Below are positions 57,928 to 64,000 of a DNA stretch of 64,000 nt, piece by piece (the stretch's first letter is position 1; the number at the start of each line of letters is the position of its first letter). Where the stretch lies: contig OY782506.1 in assembly GCA_963677755.1 (NCBI GenBank), positions 958,137-1,022,136 of the forward strand, in the 5' to 3' direction. The position numbers were made by a program, and so were the translations under genes. A model generated the notes under the pieces. The model did no database searches. It was given only the letters and a program-made list of their open reading frames with translations, and had not been told where the DNA came from. The DNA is from Arcobacteraceae bacterium (GTDB taxonomy: Bacteria; Campylobacterota; Campylobacteria; Campylobacterales; Arcobacteraceae).

Positions 57928-58785
57928 ATGGCATTTAATTATGATAAATACTTAAGATTAGAAAAAATGCCAACACTATGGTGTTGGGGATGTGGTGATG
58001 GTGTTATACTAAAAGCTACAATTAGAGCTATTGATAAAATGGGTTGGAAACAAGATGATGTTTGTGTAGTTTCTGGTATTGGATGTTCAGGAAGATTTTC
58101 TTCTTATGTTGATTTTAATACAGTACATACAACACATGGTAGAACAGTTGCATATGCTACAGGTATAAAGCTTGCAAATCCAGATAAACATGTAATATGT
58201 GTTGCTGGAGATGGAGATGCACTAGCTATCGGTGGAAATCATACAATTCATGGTTGTAGAAGAAATATTGATATTAACTTTATTATGATCAATAACTTTA
58301 TCTATGGTCTTACAAATTCACAAACAAGTCCTACTACACCTCAAGGTATGTGGACAGTATCTCAAAAAGCTGGTAATATTGACCCAACTTTTGATGCTTG
58401 TAAGTTAGCTATTGCTGCTGGTGCTTCATTTGTAGGAAGAGAAACTATGTTAGATCCTAAAAAACTTGAAAGACTTTTAGTAAAAGGTTTTGAACATAAA
58501 GGTTTTAGTTTCTTTGATGTTATGTCAAACTGTCATATTAACCTTGGTAGAAAAAATAAAATGCAATCAGCTATGGAAAACTTAGACTGGATTGATTCTA
58601 TTACTACTCCATTATCTAAGTTTGAAAAATTATCTGAAGAGGAGCAATTAAATAAGTTCCCAACAGGTGTATTAAAACAAGATACTGAAGCTAGAGAATA
58701 TTGTGATATGTACCAAGAGATTAAAGATGTACATCAAGGTAAACGAAAAGTTATCACTCAAGATGACTTTGAGAAAAAGATATAA
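57928..58785 (+). CDS. oorB: 2-oxoglutarate:acceptor oxidoreductase beta (TPP-binding) subunit
   Basis: 285 aa. WCWGCGDG FeS/TPP motifs and GDGDALAIGGNH. Confidence 0.9.
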   Translation: MAFNYDKYLRLEKMPTLWCWGCGDGVILKATIRAIDKMGWKQDDVCVVSGIGCSGRFSSYVDFNTVHTTHGRTVAYATGIKLANPDKHVICVAGDGDALAIGGNHTIHGCRRNIDINFIMINNFIYGLTNSQTSPTTPQGMWTVSQKAGNIDPTFDACKLAIAAGASFVGRETMLDPKKLERLLVKGFEHKGFSFFDVMSNCHINLGRKNKMQSAMENLDWIDSITTPLSKFEKLSEEEQLNKFPTGVLKQDTEAREYCDMYQEIKDVHQGKRKVITQDDFEKKI

Positions 58786-58794
58786 GGAGACACT

Positions 58795-59358
58795 ATGGCT
58801 AGAAAACTAATGAGATTTACAGGTGTTGGTGGACAAGGTGTTCTTCTTGCTGGTGAGATTTTTGCAGCTGCAAAAATTAAAGCTGGTGGATATGGATTAA
58901 AAACAGCAACTTATACTTCACAAGTAAGAGGTGGTCCAACTGTTGTTGATATTACTCTAGATGATGAAGAGATTTTTTACCCTTATGCAAATGATGGTGA
59001 GATTGACTTTATGTTATCTGTTGCACAAGTGAGTTATAACTCATTTAAAGATGGTGTTACACCAGGTGGAACAATTGTTATTGAGCCAAATCTTGTGGAA
59101 GCAACTGAAGAAGATAGAAAAAAATGGAATATCGTAGAGATACCTATTATTACTATAGCTAAAGAGGAGGTTGGGAATGTTATTACTCAATCTGTTGTTG
59201 CACTTGCTATTGCTAATAACTATATGGATGCTATTGATAAAGAGTTACTTAAAGAGGTAATGCTTTCAAAAGTTCCTGCAAAAGTTCATGAAATAAACTT
59301 AAAAGCGTATGATTTAGGATATAAATATTCTGATGAAGCTAAAGCTGCAATGAAATAA
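58795..59358 (+). CDS. oorC: 2-oxoglutarate:acceptor oxidoreductase gamma subunit
   Basis: 187 aa. GVGGQGVLLAGEI motif. Confidence 0.9.
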   Translation: MARKLMRFTGVGGQGVLLAGEIFAAAKIKAGGYGLKTATYTSQVRGGPTVVDITLDDEEIFYPYANDGEIDFMLSVAQVSYNSFKDGVTPGGTIVIEPNLVEATEEDRKKWNIVEIPIITIAKEEVGNVITQSVVALAIANNYMDAIDKELLKEVMLSKVPAKVHEINLKAYDLGYKYSDEAKAAMK

Positions 59359-59374
59359 TTTTTTTTGTAGATAT

Positions 59375-59410
59375 AAAAAAAGGGTGCTACTTTGGTAGTA
59401 CCCTTTTTTA
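59375..59410 (+). terminator. rho-independent terminator of oorDABC
   Basis: AAAAAAGGGTGCTAC-tttg-GTAGTACCCTTTTTT. Confidence 0.7.
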
Positions 59411-59431
59411 TTGTAAATTATATATTAATAT

Positions 59432-59590
59432 TTAAACATCACTAGTTGTAATTACCAGTAAATTATTTTCTTTTAAATATATTATTCTATAGTTTCCTTC
59501 TCTTTTTCTAAACTTACCTTTATGTTTTCCTTTAAGTGATTTATCAAGTGCTACAACTTTAGTTAAATTATTTAAGTTGTTTTGGTTTTT
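59432..59590 (-). pseudogene. 5'-truncated RelE/ParE-type toxin remnant at the distal end of the array
   Basis: Minus-strand frame with no start codon reads ...LDKSLKGKHKGKFRKREGNYRIIYLKENNLLVITTSDV*. The GxYRIIY block is typical of RelE/ParE toxins. The frame is open right up to attC A, and no attC follows it. Confidence 0.4.
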
Positions 59591-59591
59591 T

Positions 59592-59662
59592 AGGTAACGT
59601 TTGACTTGAGAAATAGTTTTGCCCGCTAGGGTAAACTATTTCTCTCCAAGGTTTTGTTAAAC
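59592..59662 (-). repeat. attC site A (belongs to the VOC cassette)
   Basis: Minus strand: R'' GTTTAAC ... GAGAAATAGTT/AACTATTTCTC stems ... R' GTTACCT. About 70 nt and a close relative of attC B and C. Confidence 0.8.
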
Positions 59663-59680
59663 TTGCCATTACTGAGAAAT

Positions 59681-60121
59681 TCAATTCCAAGATTGAATTT
59701 CTATAATATTTCCTTCTATATCTCGTAAATATGTAAATTTTAATATTCCTACACCTTCAACTTCATTTTCAATAACTTCACCTAATTTTGTTGCGCCATG
59801 TTCTAAAGCTTTTGATAGTATTGCATCTACATCATCCACTTCAAAAGCGATATGTGTAAAGCCAATTTGGTTTGCCATCATAGGAATTGTATCAACAAAT
59901 TTTTCATAACTAAATATTTCTAATGTTGGAGGATTATCATATCCAGGTAATGATAAATGAACTCCAGTCTGTCTAGCATTTTTAATCCCGATAGCTTTAT
60001 CTAACCAATCACCTTTTAGATCTCTTTCAGGTGGTTTTATTTTACATTCAAAAACTTTAATATAAAAATCTGCTAATATTTTCCAATCTCTTGCAGCTAT
60101 GTTTGTATGTGCAAATCGCAT
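59681..60121 (-). CDS. VOC (glyoxalase/bleomycin-resistance/dioxygenase) family protein, cassette 5
   Basis: 146 aa. HTNIAARD...FTHIAFEVDD...RDIEGNIIEI pattern of paired beta-alpha-beta-beta-beta modules. Confidence 0.75.
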   Translation of the reverse strand: MRFAHTNIAARDWKILADFYIKVFECKIKPPERDLKGDWLDKAIGIKNARQTGVHLSLPGYDNPPTLEIFSYEKFVDTIPMMANQIGFTHIAFEVDDVDAILSKALEHGATKLGEVIENEVEGVGILKFTYLRDIEGNIIEIQSWN

Positions 60122-60141
60122 ATGTATGTTTCCTTTTTATA

Positions 60142-60211
60142 GTTTAACGTTTGAGTTGAGAAATAAAATTAGCCGCAGGGTAATTTATTTCTCTCCAATG
60201 ATTTGTTAAAC
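60142..60211 (-). repeat. attC site B
   Basis: Minus strand R'' GTTTAAC (abuts the stop codon of the 100-aa ORF) ... R' GTTAAAC. Confidence 0.85.
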
Positions 60212-60212
60212 A

Positions 60213-60515
60213 TTAATTGATACCCCAATTTTTTTTATCCTGAGGCGTTAATGTTGAATAAACATCTTGTAAAACACTATTTAATTCTGAACTCACATTA
60301 CCAAAACTACGGTAATTCGTAAGAATATACCTTCTTACTGTATTTGGATATAACCCTGAATCATGAGCATCAGATATAATACCTTTTGCATCATGATAGC
60401 TAGTATTTTTTCTAACTTCTTTTAACCTTTGTTCAAAGTGACCAAAAGTCCAATCATCAGTTCTTTGTTCAAATTCATCTAAAAGTTTTTCTTTATATTG
60501 TGCTAGTTTTGCCAT
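60213..60515 (-). CDS. hypothetical protein, cassette 4 (100 aa)
   Basis: The single ORF filling the cassette between attC C and attC B. Confidence 0.65.
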   Translation of the reverse strand: MAKLAQYKEKLLDEFEQRTDDWTFGHFEQRLKEVRKNTSYHDAKGIISDAHDSGLYPNTVRRYILTNYRSFGNVSSELNSVLQDVYSTLTPQDKKNWGIN

Positions 60516-60534
60516 TGTTACATTTTCCTTTATT

Positions 60535-60604
60535 GTTTAACGGTTGAGTTGAGAAATAAGTTTGCCCGTAGGGTAACTTATTTCTCTCCAAAGTTTTGTT
60601 AGAT
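60535..60604 (-). repeat. attC site C
   Basis: Minus strand ATCTAAC-aaaactttgg-AGAGAAATAAGTTACCC-tac-GGGCAAACTTATTTCTC-aactcaacc-GTTAAAC, with bulged bases in the stem. Confidence 0.85.
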
Positions 60605-60613
60605 ACTTTAAAA

Positions 60614-60865
60614 CTATTCGGTAGCTTCATGTGATAAAACTTCAATCTCTCCAGAAATCTTTTGAATAAGTTCCTTTAAAGCTTCATCACCATTTACATG
60701 TGATGCGACATTTTGTCCTTCCCTGAGAAGTACATTTACAGCTTGTATCCTCATCAATGTTTCTTTTAATTCAGATGTTGTAATCTTTAGAACACCTTCT
60801 GGTGAATTCACTTTTATAACGCCTCTTACGCCAACGCCATAATCTTCATAATTTATGTTACTCAT
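60614..60865 (-). CDS. hypothetical protein, cassette 3 (83 aa)
   Basis: The single ORF filling the cassette between attC D and attC C. Confidence 0.65.
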   Translation of the reverse strand: MSNINYEDYGVGVRGVIKVNSPEGVLKITTSELKETLMRIQAVNVLLREGQNVASHVNGDEALKELIQKISGEIEVLSHEATE

Positions 60866-60899
60866 TTTTATGCTCCTTATACATTATAAAACATTCTTT

Positions 60900-60967
60900 A
60901 TCTAACGACTGAATAGAGCGAATAAGTCGCCGCTAGGCTACTTATTCGTTCCTATGTTTTGTTAGGT
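60900..60967 (-). repeat. attC site D
   Basis: Minus strand R'' ACCTAAC ... CGAATAAGT/ACTTATTCG stems ... R' GTTAGAT. The 474-aa ORF runs 26 nt into it. Confidence 0.8.
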
Positions 60968-62366
60968 TTTTAATGTCAATTATAGTTCCTTCTTCTAAAG
61001 ACAAACATCTTAGTTTACCCATTTTCTGATACAATTTAAACTGTTCAACTGACTTTATTTCAATATTTTTTTCAAGTGAAAAAGTTATTAAAAATCTTTC
61101 TTTCTCTTTAACTTCATACTCTTGAAATTTTTCATTAGTAAATCCTATTGTAAATTCAATATTATCATCTAACTCGTTAAATAAAACTTCAAAGCTTTTT
61201 TCATCATTAACTAACTCAATAGCTTCTATAACTTCTGCAAATATAAAAACTAAATCTGGGTTAAAGTTTTCAACAATTTGATAAATTGAATTTTTAAAAA
61301 ATTGTTCACCAGCGAATAAGTTTAATCTTGAAACAATTGGTAAATTATTTCCTTCAAAAGTTTTAATACCTGTATCAGCATTGAAGTTTATATTAACTAT
61401 ATTTGTATCTTTAAATAAAGTCTTATCTATCGGATTTTTAGCAAAAGGATTATGAAATATAAATAATCCATCTGATAAAAACTCTGGATTATTTGAAGAT
61501 ACAATTTGAGGTTTAAAATGAGGTGGTTCTGTATCATGTCTCATACACAAGACTGTATTTAAATTTAAATTAGATTTACTTTGTGAAATTGATAATGATG
61601 TTAATTTTCCTAAAGTCACGGTAGAACTAAAAATTACAGCTGATATATGTTTCATTTTTTCATTTAAAAATAATCCAATAGGTATATCAGATGTACTATT
61701 TGGTTTTCTAATATTTTCTTTCTTGGTATATTTATCATTTAAATTATCATAATATAATCCATAAAGTAATGCAAACATGGCATAATAAAAGTTGTTACCA
61801 TAATTAATTTGTTCATAGCCACTTAAAGCTATTAAATATGGAGCAGTTATATCATAGTCTTCATCTTCTGAATAACCTTTGTGATATTTTCCTTTTTTTG
61901 AATATCCCGTATATTTTTCACTTTTTGATAAAATTGCATTTGAATACCTTACAATTGATTCTTTTAAATTTTCATCAAAGTTTTCTTGCATATGTACGGG
62001 TTCTATCATAGATATAATATCGTCTAAAGTTCTTTGTTCTTCTTGTGAGCCATCTTGCTTTATGTTTGCGACAACTGCTTCCACATAAATTTTTTGTGGT
62101 TTATTTATAATAAAGTCAGGTCTGTTTTTTGTAAAATCTATTTCAAATCCAGCTTCTTTAAATACGGCAAACAAATAAAATTCCCAAAATGATGAATGAA
62201 ATGTTGTTTGAAATTCTTTAACAATTTTATTATCTCTATCTTCAAACCCATCAATCCAGTCTTTTAAAATATCATGTTCTCCAGTTAAGAATAAATTATT
62301 TTTAATAGTTTCATATTTAGGATGTAATTTTTCTTTTTCTGTAGTTATTGAAAATAAATCTATCAT
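60942..62366 (-). CDS. hypothetical 474-aa protein, cassette 2 (possible N-terminal PD-(D/E)xK-like nuclease fold)
   Basis: The single long ORF filling a 1489-bp cassette. N-terminal segment FWEFYLFAVFKEAGFEIDFTKNRPDFIINKPQKIYVEAVVANIK has the helix / PD / hydrophobic-E pattern of restriction-endonuclease-like folds. That reading is weak and made by eye only. Confidence 0.7.
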   Translation of the reverse strand: MIDLFSITTEKEKLHPKYETIKNNLFLTGEHDILKDWIDGFEDRDNKIVKEFQTTFHSSFWEFYLFAVFKEAGFEIDFTKNRPDFIINKPQKIYVEAVVANIKQDGSQEEQRTLDDIISMIEPVHMQENFDENLKESIVRYSNAILSKSEKYTGYSKKGKYHKGYSEDEDYDITAPYLIALSGYEQINYGNNFYYAMFALLYGLYYDNLNDKYTKKENIRKPNSTSDIPIGLFLNEKMKHISAVIFSSTVTLGKLTSLSISQSKSNLNLNTVLCMRHDTEPPHFKPQIVSSNNPEFLSDGLFIFHNPFAKNPIDKTLFKDTNIVNINFNADTGIKTFEGNNLPIVSRLNLFAGEQFFKNSIYQIVENFNPDLVFIFAEVIEAIELVNDEKSFEVLFNELDDNIEFTIGFTNEKFQEYEVKEKERFLITFSLEKNIEIKSVEQFKLYQKMGKLRCLSLEEGTIIDIKNLTKHRNE

Positions 62367-62388
62367 TTTTATGCCTTTATGTTTGTGA

Positions 62389-62519
62389 ACCTAACGCCTA
62401 AAGCAAAAAACAAGGGGATATTTTACTTGGATGTTTGCTTTGTCTTTTTGGTTGCTTTACAAAATAAAACTTTAAATTATCGCAAGTATACCCTTGTTTT
62501 TTTCGGTGTATTGTTATCA
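62389..62519 (-). repeat. attC site E (long, divergent; belongs to the TA cassette)
   Basis: 131 nt. Minus strand R'' TGATAAC ... AAAAAACAAGGG/CCCTTGTTTTTT stems with a large central loop ... R' GTTAGGT. Confidence 0.7.
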
Positions 62520-62523
62520 TATC

Positions 62524-62850
62524 TTAATATTCAAATATCTCCGTAAGCATTTTTGATATTTCTTTTGATTTATTTTTTTCTACTGTACCAATTTTTTTAA
62601 CTACTCTAGTTTTATCAACTGCTCTGATTTGGTCTAATAATACTAAACCATTTTTATCTTCAAATTCTATTTTTGGTCTAAAAATAAAATTAAACCCTTT
62701 GCTTGTCATTGGAGCAATAATAATTGTTTTTAAAACATTCATTTCATTTGGTGATATTATAATACAAGGTCTAGTTTTTTGAATTTCTGAACCAACAGTT
62801 GGATTTAATTTTACTAAAACTATATCAAATCTATTTATTTCATCTACCAT
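62524..62850 (-). CDS. mazF: PemK/MazF-family toxin, cassette 1
   Basis: 108 aa. FDIVLVKLNPTVGSEIQKTRPCIIISP motif. 7-nt overlap with the antitoxin gene. Confidence 0.85.
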   Translation of the reverse strand: MVDEINRFDIVLVKLNPTVGSEIQKTRPCIIISPNEMNVLKTIIIAPMTSKGFNFIFRPKIEFEDKNGLVLLDQIRAVDKTRVVKKIGTVEKNKSKEISKMLTEIFEY

Positions 62851-63104
62851 TGATAATCTTCTAAATCATTATCATTTAATAACTCATCAATTATAGCTTC
62901 GTCTTCAATATTTTTATTTTGTAATAAAATATTTTCAATGTTATCTTTCCAATTTTCTCTTCTTGAAGTTAAAATTGGTTTTAACAATAATCCATTTTCA
63001 ACAACTTCTAAATCAATTTGAACATTTTCAAGATGTGCTTGTGCAATTAATGGCTTTGGTATTCTTATACCTTGTGAATTTCCTATTCTTGTTAACATTG
63101 TCAT
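62844..63104 (-). CDS. mazE: AbrB/MazE/SpoVT-family antitoxin, cassette 1
   Basis: 86 aa. IGNSQGIRIPKPLI swapped-hairpin motif and an acidic C-terminus. Confidence 0.8.
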   Translation of the reverse strand: MTMLTRIGNSQGIRIPKPLIAQAHLENVQIDLEVVENGLLLKPILTSRRENWKDNIENILLQNKNIEDEAIIDELLNDNDLEDYQW

Positions 63105-63136
63105 TTAATACTCCAATATAATTCATTTATATAGTA

Positions 63137-63165
63137 ATTATATTGTAATAACATATAATTGTCAA
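63137..63165 (-). promoter_or_regulatory. consensus sigma70-type promoter inside cassette 1
   Basis: Minus strand TTGACA (63165-63160), 17-nt spacer, TATAAT (63142-63137), about 33 nt upstream of the mazE ATG, which has a GGAG RBS. Confidence 0.65.
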
Positions 63166-63187
63166 GACTTTTAAAATTTATTTCTTA

Positions 63188-63194
63188 TGATAAC
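63188..63194 (-). other. probable attI crossover core (G|TTATCA)
   Basis: Minus-strand GTTATCA is the exact complement of R'' (TGATAAC) of the first cassette's attC E. It lies between the first cassette ORF and intI. Confidence 0.5.
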
Positions 63195-63485
63195 TCTTTA
63201 TTGAACATACATTATATATAAAACAGCCTGAAAATCAACAAATAACATACATAAAAAATGTCGTATATCAAAATAACGACAAACACCTTAAATAAGGTGT
63301 TCTTGCATATTTAACTATAAAAAATATTGCAATATGTCATATTTTTTAAATATATTTTAAGTTTACGATATAGTTTTCATGTATGTTTATTATCGATATT
63401 TCGATGATAATAGTACATTATGTATGTATATTATGACAATATCGTAATAAACCTGCATTTTGTTAAATTGATTTGGAGGTGTGTT

Positions 63486-64000
63486 ATGGGTAAAAAATTA
63501 TTAGAAATTATGGCTGATAAAATTAGATTTAAACACTATAGTATTAGTACAGAAAAAACTTATGTGCATTGGGCTAAGCGATATATACTTTTTCACAATA
63601 AACGACATCCAAAAGATATGGGAAAAATTGAGATAGAACAGTTCTTAACTCATCTGGCCACTAAGTTAAATGTATCTCCAACCACTCAAAATCAAGCGTT
63701 CAATGCAATATTATTTTTGTATGAGCAAGTTTTAAACATATCGTTAAAAGATCAGAATATTCAAGCTTTAAGAGCACAAGAGAGAAAACATATTCCAGTA
63801 GTGCTTACAATAGATGAAGTAAAAAGTATTATATTAAATATGTCAGGTATTTACCAACTGATGGTTAAGCTTATGTATGGTTGTGGTTTAAGGATGAAAG
63901 AAGTACAAAATATTCGTATAAAAGACATTGACTTTGGATTTGATAAAATCTATATTTGGGATAGTAAATCTTTAAAAGACAGAACTTTACCACTTCCTTT
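63486..64000 (+). CDS. intI: integron integrase IntI, N-terminal 171 codons (continues beyond the window)
   Basis: GGAGG RBS then ATG 63486, with the frame open to the window end. IRFKHYSISTEKTYVHWAKRYILFHNKRHPKDMG..VSPTTQNQAFNAILFLYEQVL...PVVLTIDEV...LMYGCGLRMKEVQNIRIKDIDF is collinear with IntI1 ([30 protein letters not shown]...STHRQALAALLFFYGKVL...[22 protein letters not shown]). Confidence 0.85.
   Translation, partial: MGKKLLEIMADKIRFKHYSISTEKTYVHWAKRYILFHNKRHPKDMGKIEIEQFLTHLATKLNVSPTTQNQAFNAILFLYEQVLNISLKDQNIQALRAQERKHIPVVLTIDEVKSIILNMSGIYQLMVKLMYGCGLRMKEVQNIRIKDIDFGFDKIYIWDSKSLKDRTLPLP

Larger units (their letters stand above)
59432..64000. mobile_element. chromosomal integron: intI, attI, five gene cassettes and one truncated cassette remnant
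   Basis: IntI-type tyrosine recombinase runs divergent to a minus-strand array of ORFs, each followed by an attC-like imperfect palindrome bounded by RYYYAAC...GTTRRRY. See the individual features. Confidence 0.85.

Noticed and set aside
59592-62519. The repeated ~70-nt palindromic elements could be a CRISPR array or REP/MITE elements.
   Set aside because: Spacing is irregular (about 300-1400 bp) and each interval holds a complete ORF. The repeats are imperfect hairpins bounded by RYYYAAC/GTTRRRY with cassette-specific complementarity, and an intI gene is adjacent. These are attC sites, not CRISPR repeats.

Overview
AT-rich chromosomal segment that looks like Campylobacterota, probably Arcobacter-like; this is inferred from composition, gene content and the HQWRQPL-type histidine kinases. 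Most of it is respiratory and central metabolism. Left to right: malic enzyme (partial), ychF, cmoB, an MFS transporter, and a haem-c sensor kinase. Next comes an operon with a membrane tetrahaem cytochrome, NrfC-like and NrfD-like proteins and an HAO-family octahaem cytochrome, followed by the CcsBA cytochrome synthase. The selenocysteine machinery follows: selB, selA, tRNA-Sec, an embedded chemoreceptor and selD. A divergent selenium-linked accessory cluster sits beside it, with a double-cubane/HgdB-like protein and its ATPase activase, a stand-alone DsrE-like YedF half, a Tat transglutaminase-like protein, MerT/MerP-like proteins and YedE/FdhT. A binding-protein/kinase/regulator module comes next, then two paralogous periplasmic formate dehydrogenase operons. 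One FdhA has Cys at the active site and the other has an in-frame TGA (Sec) with a downstream hairpin, while fdhB, fdhC and fdhD share about 2.34 kb that appears identical. TCA genes follow: sucCD, split class I fumarase, mdh and oorDABC. The most notable feature is at the right end. It is a complete chromosomal integron with intI (partial at the window edge), an attI crossover, five attC-bounded cassettes and one truncated remnant. The cassettes are a mazEF-like toxin-antitoxin (TA) pair with its own consensus promoter, a 474-aa orphan, two small orphans and a VOC/glyoxalase protein. All product calls come from reading motifs by eye; no database search was run.
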